NCBI GenBank assembly: GCA_038087875.1
Contig: CM075988.1
Location: forward strand, 4,650,001 to 4,714,000
Direction: 5' to 3'
DNA length: 64,000 nucleotides
DNA from: Malacoraja senta
Lineage: Eukaryota
Under the pieces are notes generated by a model, which searched no databases, had not been told where the DNA came from, and saw only the letters and a list, made by a program, of their open reading frames with translations. This document shows, in pieces, positions 37,355 through 50,391 of this stretch. Each line of letters begins with the position of its first letter. The first letter of the stretch is position 1. The position numbers and the translations under genes were made by a program.

Positions 37355-37519
37355 TGTTAATCTTGGCTAAATTGGACCAGCTAGGACTTCAAAATGTGGT
37401 TAAGTTTCAGGGTTGCTGGGAGATTTGGACAAATAAGAATTACCCTCTGCAGAGCTGGGACAAGCAGCGAGAGGTGCCAGAGTGTCTGGAGCTTAGATAC
37501 AATTTGCAAGCAAAGAATG
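37355..37519 (+). repeat. Truncated 5' LTR
   Basis: Matches the first ~165 bp of the 3' LTR; the remainder and the PBS are missing. Confidence 0.88.
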
Positions 37520-38010
37520 AGGCCCACGGTGCGGTTTTTGCATTGAATTTCGGCACCGTGTCGGAGCGGATCGATCATTCGCGGGCTTGGGAAAGGGTCT
37601 AATCGAGATCATTAGAACAGTCCGGATTTTGCAAATATTCTCTGCATGTAAATACATTTAGAGTAATTAAAAGTTAAGATTAGATTGTGTTAAATCCGCG
37701 GACCGTCATTTGTGTTGCTGCTTGTGCGAGTGTTTACAGATTTAAAACTTGAAGCGAGAATGTGTTCAAGTTAGATATTCGTAGTGTTTAATTTAGATAT
37801 TAGTATTTGTTTAAGATTGTTTTGTAAGAATCTGAATCGGAGTGGTTTGATCAGGGGTTGTAGTCCTTCAATCGCTGCGTCGGGGAGGAGTCATCCCGCT
37901 TATTGATTGCACCACGAGGAGGATTAATTAGAGTGGGGTTTACTGGATGCTTATAGTTTATATTGGGGTGTGTTTTGGGTTATTGATTATCGGGGAAATT
38001 AAACGCACTT

Positions 38011-39571
38011 TTGAAAGATCAACTTTGGCCGTTGGGGGGAATAAAGTCTTTAATCGGGATAAACTATATAGAGAGAATCGTTAAAAATTATGGGAATAGT
38101 GAAGAAGCAAATGAGTTAATTCAGATGTGGAAGGCATTCTTCACTAAAAGAAAAATAAAGAAAGAAATTGTTTTACTGTCCACCCTAAGAATGGCAGCTT
38201 GTAAATTGGGAATAGGAGAAGACAACAGAACTGATCCTTCTCAAGACATTTCAGAGCGGGGACAAGGAGAATTAATAAGCCAACAGCAGGAGCAAGAGCA
38301 GGGGCAGGAGAGAGTGTCGTCTTTCAGAAAGGAGACTGCTGAACCGGCTCTTAAAGGGAAGGTGCCGACGGAAATTAAATCGGGTAAATTGGGTAAGAAT
38401 TCGGGGGAACAGTGCACAGCTTGCGAGCGGGGCACAGGGGAGGAGTCAACGTTAACTTCGGCTCCTCCCCCTAAATTTGAATCTAACATAGAAACATAGA
38501 AACATAGAAAATAGGTGCAGGAGTAGGCCATTCGGCCCTTCGAGCCTGCACCGCCATTCAATATGATCATGGCTGATCATCCAACTCAGTATCCTGTACC
38601 TGCCTTCTCTCCATACCCCCTGATCCCTTTAGCCACAAGGGCCACATCTAACTCCCTCTTAAATATAGCCAATGAACTGGCCTCAACTACCATCTGTGGC
38701 AGACAATTCCAGAGATTCACCACACTCTGTATGAAAAATGTTTTTCTCATCTCAGTCCTAAAAGATTTCCCCTTTATCCTTAAACTGTGACCCCTTGTCC
38801 TGGACTTCCCCAACATCGGGAACAATCTTCCTGCATCTAGCCTGTCCAACCCCTTAAGAATTTTGTAAGTTTCTATAAGATCCCCCTCAATCTTCTAAAT
38901 TCTAGCGAGTACAAGCCGAGTCTATCCAAACATCAGGAAGAAATCTTCTATCTCCTAGGATTGACCCACGGGTGGATGACAATAGCGGAAACCAAGGATC
39001 TAGAAAGACTTCATCGACATGGGTGCCGAAACTAATTAGGGATTCCAGTAGTGAAAGAATAAAGGAATCCTTCTTGAGGTACCGGGATAAAACAAATAGC
39101 CTTTCTGGGGGTGAGATAAGGAGAGAATATGGATGGATTGGTCCGGACATAAATAATATTATGGAGTCCGAACATGTCACAACGAAAGAGAATTTAGTAA
39201 GAACTCCCCATGGACAATGTGTTTGTAGGGAAATGCCCGCATCAGGTATAAATGTTCCCCAGACCACAGACAATAAGACATCAAGGCAGCCTGGTTCAAC
39301 GGCAGCACGGAGATTAGAGGTCCGAATAAAAGAGATAAGAACCAATGAGGATAAGGAGGAAGAAGACCTTAATGCCTGGATAGACCTTCCATTTACTGAA
39401 CCAACCTTTCCTAGGTTTGGCTGGCGAGGTTGTAGAGCAATCCAGCCCGATCAGTGTTTTAGTTGTGGGGGACTAGGGCACTGGAATTGGTCGTGTCCCA
39501 GGAGAGAATATCATCAGGAGGGAGGGGGGGGGGGGGGGCAGAGGAGGAGTCCACAGGGTCACGGAAAATGA
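38011..39571 (+). pseudogene. gag: gag-like ORF with CCHC zinc knuckle, interrupted by a CR1 fragment
   Basis: TSAPPP late-domain-like motif; CFSCGGLGHWNWSC (CX2CX4HX4C) near 39455-39497. Confidence 0.7.
38490..38928 (-). mobile_element. CR1/HER1 3' fragment inside gag
   Basis: RLDAGRLFPMLGKSRTRGHSLRIKG..NLWN; (ATAGAAAC)n tail; AACAT at both junctions. Confidence 0.9.
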
Positions 39572-40576
39572 TGGATTCCAAGAGGTCACCGAGGCTCCTG
39601 TGACCCTGAAGGTAGAGGATGGGGACACTGGCAGGGGGATCAGGGGGAAGGGACATTCCAACAGTCCAACCCATTTCAGTAGCCCTGACCTGCCAGTTAG
39701 CAGCAATACCATCTGATAAAATTAAAAGGGCGTCCTCACCTGGCCTGAGAAACAGCACTGTACATTAAACAGGAACATCACCCCTTCCAAATAGGAAAAG
39801 GTTACATCGAATCCGACGCTCAGAGAACCCTCACTAAAGGAGGAAGTACGACAGGAAACATAGTAGCTAGCATGAAAAGAGATAACAACTGAGGAATAGG
39901 AATGGCAATAGGGAGAGAAGAAACAAACTTACCATGCAGGAGGAATGGGAGTGGGGAAAAGAAGATATTGAATTACTGTATTGCTGAGTTTTGTGCCTAC
40001 AGGACAGTGTGTCAACAAGAGACTGTGTGGGGAGTGAGGTAGAAGAATGCACAGACCCCTAAGAACAGGAAGAAGACAGCGAAAGGTGATGTAGCTCCCC
40101 AGAAAAAGACCAGCAGGAAGAATTGATACTGTCCTGCCCCTTTAAGACATTTGGGAAGGCCAACAGGCAGAGCAACATGCTCCTCAGTATCTCCAATCCC
40201 TAGTAACCGACACCATCATCAGAAAAGAGGAAGAAAAAGACCTACCCTAATGCCCAACTTTAACATCACCTAGCTACTGGAGGAATAAAAGGAAGTGGAA
40301 CAAAAGGACACTTTGATCATCTTTGATAGAAACAACACCGATGACATAATGACTTCTGGGCCAAACCTCACTCTAAAGAGCTGATTTCAAATGAAATATT
40401 TCTCTGTGTTTTGGAGTAAAATACCTGAATTATGGGTTTATGAAATAAAATTGTAAATTGTGTATTCGGTCTTGAAATGGTATGGTGATGAATTGGAGGG
40501 ACTTTAAAATTTTCAAAATTTGGAATAGACTTGTGGAATCTGACAAGACTAATTGGATCTTGATTATTAACTGATT

Positions 40577-41410
40577 TCAAAGGTTCAAAGGTTCTTTATT
40601 TGTCACATACACCAATTGGTGTAATGAAATGCGGATTGCCATTGGAGCACATTAAAAAGAGAATAAAACATAACAATAATAAAGAAATCTAAACATAAAA
40701 ACATCACCCCACAATGGTTCCCATTATGAGGGAAGGCACAAAGTCCAGTCCCCGTCCCCATGTCCACCCATAGTCGGGCCTATTGAGGCCTCCTCAGTCG
40801 CCTTTATGGAGGCCCGATGTTCCAGGCCCTTCTAACCGGATGATGGTGCTCCGGCGTCGGGAGAATCCTCTCAGCAGCTTTGGATACTTGGAAAGGGCAC
40901 TTTCTTACCGGAGACCGCTGCTTCCGAAGCCGATAGGCCGCGCTAGATGGAGCTCCACCACTGGCGATCTCGGCGAGAGATCCCAGGCTCCCGATGTAAA
41001 GTTCAGCGCCGCCGCTCCACAGTCCCGCAGCGCCGCGAGGTATCATCGGCGGTCCCAGCATACCGGAGTTCCAGTGCGGCCACCTGGGCAAGGCATCGCC
41101 CGCTCCGCTCCGCGATAGCGCTCCAGCGCGTGGCCACCCCCAAAGCCAAGGTTCTGGCCTGTCCCCTCAGGAAAGGCCGCTCCAGGCCCCGCTGGTAGGC
41201 TGCGAGGACGGGTCGAAGGTGCTGTTCGGAGGAAAGCTGCCTCTCCGACCAGGTAGGGACCCTGCAAAGCAGTTTCCCCCTTCCCCCCCCACTTAAAAAA
41301 GACTAAACCTCCAAAAACAAAGCACTTTAACTCACACTTTAAAAAAAAAGAGGTGAAAAAACGGACAACTGCGGGCTGGGCAGCCATGGGCAGCTGGACG
41401 GCGACCCCGT
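40577..41410 (-). mobile_element. CpG-rich non-autonomous retroposon inserted in the LTR element
   Basis: (TTTGAACC)n tail and GTGACAAATAAA on minus; GC-rich body sharing motifs with 50912-51760 and 54025-54802. Confidence 0.6.
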
Positions 41411-42842
41411 GTGTTTTGTGACTTTGTTATTATCTCGTCCTCAGAAAGGCAGACAAAGATGGAAAGGATTGTTCAAAGGGGCATCAAGAAGGATGGAACT
41501 TGGGAAGATCTGGTAACATGGAATTACTTAGGGAATATGAGAGTTGGAATTAAAATCGGGATTAAAATTGGAATTAAATTTGAAACTTAAAATGGGAATT
41601 GAAATTGGAATTGGAATATAATTGGAAATGGTCAAAAGAGGAACTGTGAGCAACAGGACTTCCCTTTGAGAGACCGGATTAAGAAATTATTCAGTAGTTG
41701 AGAACTGTAAAAGCAAGATCCCCTAGACAACGAACGAAACCAATAGAATAAAAGCGAGAACCCCCTAGACAGAGAACGAAGCCTACATTGTAAAAAGCTA
41801 ACATAGTAAAGAGCTAATCGAGTAAAGAACCAACATAGTGGAGAATCAGTATAGTAATGATTACCATAGTGAGGAGTGTGTACATAAATAAGAGAAAATG
41901 GAGGACAGACTTGTTTAACTGTAGGGGGAAACTTGAATTGTATTGGGAATAGCAGAACCGATGTGTATTTGGCCGATGTATTTGAATTATTTAACCCTTG
42001 ATGGTAAAGAGGCTTATATTATTAAGGTGAAAGGAAATTGTCCCTGGATTTGACATTTTTGATTGGACTTGGGATGAAATTGATTGTGTAAAATTGAACA
42101 GCTGGGAATTCCACAGGAATTGGAAGGGAATTGTATTATCGGCTACAATGCTGTGGAATGAGAAGGGGAAATGGGCATTGAAATTTGAAATAGTAAATTG
42201 AAGGCTGAGACTGAATTTGGTTAAATTGGAACATTATCATGGTTTGCTTCAAATTAAAGTCACACCTGTAGAGGAATCTGGACCGAACCCAGCTGAAAAC
42301 TATATGATTACCCATCATCAGATATACATAGTATAATACCGTGTGAGTATGAAGAAGGCTAATTTGTGTCGATCCTAGAGTAATAAAGAATATATTGGGG
42401 AACAGAATAGGAATACGGATATAGAAATATAGTACAATATAATATGTTCAATAGATAATAGAATGGGTTAATAGGTTTGAGTGAAATATAAATAGCAAAT
42501 GTGTGGGAAAGCAGGAATGCATGATGGTAACTTGCTTTGTCCCAAGTTTCTTAGGATTTTCTAGGGTTTAGGTTCGACTGTGGAAGGTGATAGAAGAATG
42601 GGCAGGAACACGGATGGAGGGAATTCGCGCCCACGAAAACTCGGGAGGTGAAGACTCCCCAGACATAACTTGTGAAGTTATGCCCATGGGACGCTTGACA
42701 AGATTCTGAGAAGAAACATCATCATCTTGTGTTACTGATAGATTGGAAATGTAAAGCACACTTATGTATACCTGGTTAGCTGATTACTGAGCCACTTTGG
42801 TTATCATTAATGATGGGTTATCATTATGATAAAAGGAAGGAA

Positions 42843-43601
42843 TGTTAATCCTGGCTAAATTGGAGCAGCTTGGACTTCAATATGGGGTTAAGTTTCAGGG
42901 TTCCTGGGAGATTTGGTCAAATTGGAATTACTCTCTGCAGACCTGGGACAAGCTGCAGAGAGGTGCCAGAGTGTCTGGAGCTTAGATACAATTTGCAAGC
43001 AAAGAATGGGAAGATCTGCAAACCCTGTCAATCTGGTGCAAAATGCATAGAATGGATTGGATGGCTGCAAACCAGACATGCACTTTGTAAATAGTTGTAA
43101 ATAATGTTGCAGTCAGACTTTGCCAAGTGTTAATTGGATGAGGTGTTGAGCCTTGTCTAGGTTTTCTGTTAATCAGGGTAAATGTTTCCAAGTTGACCAT
43201 CTCAAAGTCCGTTGTGAATTGAACCGTTGTATCATTGGGCTAGGGGAATGCCTGTTATGAATGGGGTTAATCGATATCTGTAATTGGGTTATTGAGAGAC
43301 CACCCCAATGTGGTTCGGCCCCTCGAGGTCATGGGACATATAAAAGTCCGCGATCATGAGGTTCAGCGTCGATCTTCTGGAAGAGCGCTCGGGACTGCGT
43401 GAACTTCTGGAGTGTCTCTGTCTGAGCGAGGCCTAGAGGGCTTGAACAGGCAGACATGGGGATCGAACCCGTGGTGGGATAGGTACAATGTGTGATCTAT
43501 GACGTGCTTTTGGTAAAATAAAATTTAGTTTTTTCAAGTGCTTGATTCAGTGTTTTTACTGAAACCAGACTGGGGGGAAGCTTAGAAACGAGCGATTATC
43601 A
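42843..43601 (+). repeat. 3' LTR (759 bp)
   Basis: TGTTAAT...ATTATCA terminal inverted repeat; TATA-like CATATAAAA at ~43337; AATAAA at ~43517. Confidence 0.88.
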
Positions 43602-44699
43602 GCATGTTTCCTCTGGGTGGCCTCTGTAAATTGCCCTGAGTGCAGAGTGAGCAGATGAGAAAGTAGGTGAATGGGCGATCGATGATCTGAATGGAATGGG
43701 AGGGCCGAAGGGCCTGTGTCAATGCTGTAGCACTAAACCGAAACTAAACGAAATCTTTGAACATGACAGAAGACGTTGAGAAGTCTTTTAAAAGAATAAA
43801 TGGGATCCTTGGCTTTATAAACACATCCAGATAACAACAGTAATGTGGAGAGAGAAAACAAATACTCTGGGAATTGTTATGATCTGAAGGCACTGCAGGA
43901 GAGACTGGTGGAAGCAGATTCATGAATAACTTTCAACTGGTATTGAGCGAGTGCTGGAAGGAGATAATTTCCTGGCTGTGGGTGATAGCAGGATGCTCCG
44001 ACTAATTGGAAAGCTCTTTCAGAGATTTAGAACAGATTTTTTGCAGGGGCTGAATGGCCCTATTCTGCACAAGGGTGATCTATAACCTCCTGCCAGTGCT
44101 GGATATTTGCTCATTAAGGATAATAAAGGCAAAAGGTGGAATCCAATTCTGCTATTATATTAGGGAGCGAGAGATGGTGATAATGTCCGGCACTGTTTCT
44201 GCATCAGACCTGCTGAAGAACATAAGGCTTCAAAAAAGCAATTGTAAGAGTACTGTTCAAACTGTACTGCACATCGTTCATAACCCGAGCTGGAATTACC
44301 GCAGACTACCTAATACATGATGGGCTTCATTATTGTGCTACAAAGATATAGTTACCCGGTATCACTGATTATTATGACACAAGGAGCAACTCAGTGGGTC
44401 AGGCAGCATCTCTGGAGGACATGGATAAGTGGTGTGTCTGGTCGGGACCTGAATGTTAGAAGAAGGGTTCCGACCCACAACAGCATTATTGCCACAGAAG
44501 GCTGTGGAGGTCAAGTCAATGGATTTTTTTTACTGCGAAGATTGATAGCTTTTTGATTAGTACGGGTGTCAGGGGTTATGGGGAGAAGGCAGGAGAGTGT
44601 GGTTGAGAGGAATAGATAGATCAGACGTGATTGAATGGTGGAGTAGATATGATGGGCGGAATGGCCTAATTCTCCTCCTATAACTCACAGTATGAACTC

Positions 44700-47600
44700 A
44701 CCATAGCCCTGTACAACTGCAGTAGGACCTCCTTGCCCCTAAAGTCAAATCCTCTCGCAATGAAGGCCACTATGCCATGAGCTTTCTTCACTGTCTGCTA
44801 TACCTGCATGTAGTTAAGAAAGCTAATTAAATGTGACATCTCCAAGTTTGCGGATGACACAAAGCTGGGTGGCAGTGTGAGCTGCGAAGAGGATGCTATG
44901 AGGCTGCAGGGTGAAGCATAGGTTGGGTGAGTGGGCAGATGCATGGCAGATGCAGTATAATGTGGATAAATGTGAGATTTTACATTTTGGTGGCAAGAAC
45001 AGGAAGACAGATTATTATCTGAATGGTGTCAGATTAGGAAAAGGGGAGGTGCAATGAGACCGAGGTGTGCTTGTACATCTGTCACTGAAAGTAAACATGC
45101 AGGTACAGCAGGCAGTGAAGAAAGCTAATGGCATGTTGGCCTCCATTGCGCAAGGATTTGAGTTTAGGAGCAAGGAGGTCATACTGCAATTGTACAGGGC
45201 CCTAGTGAGACCACACATAGAGTATTGTGTGCAATTTTAGACAATAGACAATAGACAATCAACTAGGTGCAGGAGTAGGCCATTCGGCCCTTCGAGCCAG
45301 CACCGTCATTCACTGTGATCATGGCTGATCATCCACAATCAGTACCCCGTTCCTGCCTTCTCCTCATATCCCTTGACTCCACTATCTTTAAGAGCTCTAT
45401 CTAACTCTCTCTTGAAAGCATCCAGAGAATCGGACTCCACTGCCTTCTGAGGCAGAGAATTCCACAGATTCACAACTCTCTGGGTGAAAACGTTTTTCCT
45501 CATCTCCGTTCTAAATGGCCTACTTCTTATTCTTAAACTGTGGCCCCTGGTTCTGGACTCCCCCAGTATCGGCAACATGCTTCCTGCCTCTAGCTTGTCC
45601 AATCCCTTAATAATCTTATATGTTTCAATAAGAATCCCTCTCATCCTTCTAAATTCCAGTGTAAACAAGTCCAGTCGCTCCATTCTTTCAAAATATGACA
45701 GTCCCGTCATCCCGGGAATTAACCTCGTGAACCTATGCTGCACTCCCTCAATAGCAAGATTGTCCTTCCTCAAATTAGGGGACCAAAACTGCACACAATA
45801 CTCCAGATGTGGTCTCACCAGGGCCCTGTACAACTGCAGAAGGACCTCTTTGCTCCTACACTCAACTCCTCTTGTTATGAAGGCCAGCATGCCGTTAGCT
45901 TTCTTCACTGCCTGCTGTACCTGCATGCTTACTTCAGTGACTGATGAACAAGGACACCCAGATCTCGTTGCACTGCCCCTTTTCCTAACTTAACACCATT
46001 CAGATAATAATCTGCTTTCTGTTCTTGCCATCAAAGTGGATAAGCTCACATTTATCCACGTTAAACTGCATCTGCCATGCATCTGCCCACTCACCCAATC
46101 TGTCCAAGTCACCCTACATCCTCATTTGCAAATTTGCTAATATTCCTCTTAATCCCTTCATCTAAATCATGAATGGATATTGTAAATAGCTGCGGTCCCA
46201 GCACCGAGCCTTGCGGTACCCCACTAGTCACTGCCTGCCATTCTGGAAGGAACCCGTTAATCGCAACTCTTTGTTTCCTGTCTGCCAACTAATTTTCTAT
46301 CCATGTCAGCACTCTACCCCCAATACCATGTGCTCTAATTTTGCCCACTACTCTCCGATGTGGGACCTTATCAAATGCTTTCTGAAAGTCCAGGTACACT
46401 ACATCCACTGGCTCTCCCTTGTCCATTTTCCTAGTTACATCTTCAAAAAATTCCAGAAGATTAGTCAAGCATGATTTCCCCTTCGTAAATCCATGCTGAC
46501 TCGGACCGATCCTGTTACTGCTATCCAAATGTGATGCTATTTCATTTTTTATAATTGACTTCAGCATCTTTCCCACCATCGATGTCAGGCTAACGGGTCT
46601 ATAATTCCCTGTTTTCTCTCTCCCGCCTTTCTTAAAAAGTGGGATAACATTAGCTGCCCTCCAATCCACAGGAACTGATCCTGAATCTATAGAACATTGG
46701 AAAATTATCACCAATGCGTCCACGATTTCTTGAACCACGTCCTTAAGTACTCTGGGATGTAGACCATCAGGCCCTGGGGATTTATCAGTCTTCAGTCCCA
46801 TCCATCTACCCAACACCATTTCCTGCCTAATGTGAATTTCCTTCAGTTCCTCCGTCACCCTAGGTCCTCTAGCCACTAGTGCATCTGGGAGATTGTTTGT
46901 GTCTTCCTTAGTGAAGACAGATCCAAAGTACCTGTTCAACTCGTCTGCCATTTCCTTGTTCCCCATAATAAATTCACCTGTTTCTGTCTTCAAGGGACCC
47001 ACATTTGTCTGAACTATTTGTTTTCCTCTTCACATACCTAAAGAAGCTTTTACTATTCTCCTTTATATTCTCAGCTAGCTTACCTTTGTACCTCACCTTT
47101 TCTCCCCGTATTACCTTTTTAGTTATCATCTGTTGCTCTTTAAGCATTACCCAAACCTCTGGCTTCCCGCCCATCTTTGCTATGTTATATTTCTTCTCTT
47201 TTATTTCTATATTGTCCTTGACTTCCCTTGTCAGCTACAGTTGCCTCTTACTCCCCTTAGAATCTTTTTTCCTCTTTGGAATGAACTGATCCTGCACCTT
47301 CTGTATTATTCACAGAAATAAATACCTGCCATTGTTGTTCCACTGTCATCCCTGCTAGGGTCTCTTTCCAGTCAATGTTGGCCAGCTCCTCCCTCATGCC
47401 TCCATAGTCCCCTTGTTCAACTGTAATACTGACACTTCCGATTTACCCTTCTCCCTCTCAAATTGTAGATTAAAATTTATCATATTATGGTCACTACCTC
47501 CTAATGGCTCCTTTACCTTGAGTTCCCTTATCAAATCCAATTCATCATACAACAAATCCGGCTCATTACACAACAATCCAGTTCATTACACAGCAATCTG

Positions 47601-48100
47601 TTTTTGTCAATTTTGGTCTCCTAATCTGAGGAAGGACATTATTGCTATTGAGGGAGTGCAGCAGGTTCACCAGGTTAATTTCCGGATGGCAGGACAGACA
47701 TATGCTGAAAGAATGGGTCGACTGGGTTTGTCTTCTCTGGAATTTAGAAGGATGAGAGGGGATCTTATAGAATGATATAAGATTCTTAAAGGATTGGACA
47801 GGCAAGATGCAGGAAAAAAATTCCGAATGTTGGGGGAGTTCAGAACCAGGGGTCACAGTTTAAGAATAAGGGGTAGGCCATTTAGGACTGACATGAGGAA
47901 AACTTTTTTCACCCAAAGTTGTGAATCCGTCGGAATTCTCTGTGGATTTAGCTCTTAGGCCTAACAGAATGAAGGAATATGGGGAAAAAGCAGGAATGGA
48001 GTACAGATTTTAGATGATCAGCCATGATCATACCGAATGGCTCAAAGGGCCGAATGGCCTACTCCTGCACCTATTTTTCTATGTTTCTATGTTTTCTATG
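44700..48100 (+). mobile_element. CR1 LINE (44810-45238 and 47608-48100) split by an antisense CR1, with an inverted piece at 44700-44810
   Basis: ISKFADDTKLGG region; YCVQF|WSPNLRKD continuity across the insertion; CAATTTT duplicated at 45232-45238 and 47608-47614; (TTTCTATG)n tail. Confidence 0.85.
45239..47575 (-). mobile_element. CR1/HER1 LINE (endonuclease C-terminus to 3' end, frameshifted)
   Basis: EPLGGSDHNMINF, KSPGPDGLHPRVLK, YLDFQKAFDKVPH, LYRALVRPHLEYCVQFWSP; (AATAGAC)n tail. Confidence 0.95.
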
Positions 48101-48392
48101 TACTGCATTTTAAATTGCCGTGTATTTATTTTTATTATTGCATAAATGGACCTGCAAAGCTGCAACAAGAAAGAATTGCTTGTTTGCATTTCCGATATAT
48201 CTGACAATTAATTACTCTCTTGACTTGACTCTTGAGAATTCTGATGTAGTGTGAATCACTCTAGTCTTCAAAAACAGATTCAGCAATAGGAATTAAAAGT
48301 GTTATCAAAGGTTTGAAAACGGTAATCACTTCACTTTGATATGTTCACAATTGAGGATAAGTGTGTTATTCTTCGGGGTACATGAGTTGTTA

Positions 48393-48686
48393 TGTTTAGT
48401 TTAGTTTAGATCAGTGATACAGCATCAAAACTGACCCTTCAGCCCACTGAGCCCACGCTGTCCAGAGATCACCCATACACATGTTCAATCCTACCCACTG
48501 GGGACAATTCTCAGAAGCCTACAAACCTGCAGGTCTTTGGAGTGTGGGAGGAAATTTGAGAACCCAGAGAAAACCTAGGCAGTCACAGGGAGAACATAGA
48601 AACTCCATCCAAACAGCACCCGAACTCAGGATAGAACCAAGGTGTCTTGCATGGCAGCAGCTCTACCGCTACGCTGCTGTGCCACA
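48393..48686 (-). mobile_element. Diverged V-SINE
   Basis: SINE motifs on minus. Confidence 0.75.
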
Positions 48687-49149
48687 GTTGTTAACAGACA
48701 AGTAATCCAGAGATTGGACTAACTATCCAAAGACTTGTGTACAAATCTCACCACAACATAAATGTTGCTAATAATTGGTAACTTTGTGGTGTGAGTGAAG
48801 GCGAATGGCAACTAATCTTTGTAATGGCAACCACGAAAACAGATGGATTGTTGATGAAAACCACACAATGCCCTTGCGGGTACAAGAAACTGCAGATGCT
48901 GGAATCTCCAAAACAAAGTTGTGGAGGAACTCAGCAGGTCAGGCAGCATCTGCGGAGGGAATGGACAGGTGATGTTTCAGGTCAGGACCCTTCTCCAGAA
49001 GGGTTAAAAGAAGGGGCCCAACCCAAAACATCATCTGCCCATTCCCTCCATAGATGCTGCTGGATCCGCTGAAGCCCTCCAGTGTTTGTTTATTGACTCA
49101 TTCATATGCCTTGTGGGAGGATATCTACCATCTTTACCAAGCATGGTCT

Positions 49150-49450
49150 GGAGGGGAGGCAGGCTTGGGGGAGGGGGGGAGGGAGGGGAGGGAGGGGAGG
49201 TAGGGATGGGGGAGTGAGGGAGGAGTGGTAACAATGGGGAGGGGTGAGGTAGGGATGGGGAGGGGGTGACGGAGGGGAGATAGAGATGGGGAGGAGTTGA
49301 GGTGGGGAGTTCGGGATGGTGAGGGGGTGGGGGAGGGGAGAGTATGGGGAGGGTGTGAGGGGGGGATTTGCAGATGGAGAGGGGATGGGGGAGGTAGGGA
49401 TGGGGAGAGGGTGGGGGAGGAGAGGTAGGAATGTGGAGGAAGAGTGGGAG
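49150..49450 (+). repeat. G/A-rich low-complexity tract
   Basis: Many GGG-GGGGG runs separated by A/T. Confidence 0.9.
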
Positions 49451-49695
49451 AAGAAACACAATTGCAATGTGGCTAAGTGGCATGAGCTGCAACTCAGATT
49501 TAACCAAGATTATTAAATGTCTGGGGATCTGTTCCTAGAGTGAGCAGCCAGACAGTAATTGTCACTTAATTGGAGCTAATTGGGAGTTCATCTCCAGTGG
49601 CAGTGCAGATCTGAGATTAATTCCACTGAGATTAATGGAGTGACGCTTAGAAACTGAGATCAACACATCAATGTGGACACAAAATGCTGGAGTAA

Positions 49696-50391
49696 AGGGC
49701 CTGTCCCACTTACGTGTCCTTGGCACACAAATTACGTGACCTCGTGATCACGTTGAGGCGCACGGGCATCGTATGGCTGCACGGGGCTGGTCCCACTTAG
49801 AAGAGCGGAGGGGTATGTATTTGTGCGTGACATCGCGCGGGGCTCCAAAATTTTTGTAGTGAACGAAATCTTCGTGCGCCAACGGCCTGTCGCGGAACTG
49901 ACGGCCAATGTGGGACAGGCCCAAGACCCTGGCGCGACGCAACGTCTCACCTTCAACAGCAGCAGAAGCAGGCAAACGATCGCCGAACTCGGCCTGGGGC
50001 TCACGGCCGTTGCGGATCCGGATCCGCCCCCACTTCTACTCCCAGAGCGAGGCCAAGAAAATTGAAGATAGACACAAAATGCAGGAGTAACTCAGCGGGA
50101 CCGGCAGCATCTCTGGAGAGAAGGAATGGGTGATGTTTCGGGACAAGATCCTTCTTTTCAGACTGAAGAAGAGTCTCGACACGAAACATCACCCATTCCT
50201 TCTCTCCAGAGATGCTGCCCGTCCCGCTGAGTTACGCCAGCTTTGTGTCCATCTTCAAATGACGTCACGCACTCCAGACGGCTGTGCGTACGCATGTAAT
50301 CGCGCCCGACCTTCGCGGGACCGTCTCGGCTCAACACGACCACGAGGTCGCGTAATTTGCGTGCCAAGGATACGTAAGTGGGACAGGCCCT
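49696..50391. mobile_element. PIF/Harbinger-type MITE, family 1, copy 2 (opposite orientation to copy 1)
   Basis: TIR AGGGCCTGTCCCACTTACGT; exact TAA TSD that restores host GGAGTAACTCAGC. Confidence 0.85.

Larger units (their letters stand above)
37355..43601 (+). mobile_element. Defective LTR retroelement / endogenous retrovirus-like provirus inserted in a V-SINE
   Basis: TG..CA ends; 4-bp TSD GCAT (37351-37354 and 43602-43605); PPT AAAAGGAAGGAA before the 3' LTR; the SINE resumes after 43605. Confidence 0.88.

Noticed and set aside
39570..42840. pol or env gene in the LTR element
   Set aside because: No protease, YXDD, integrase or env motif recognised, and no long ORF.
49031..49516. Proline-rich and glycine-rich ORFs
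   Set aside because: Low-complexity G/A tract.
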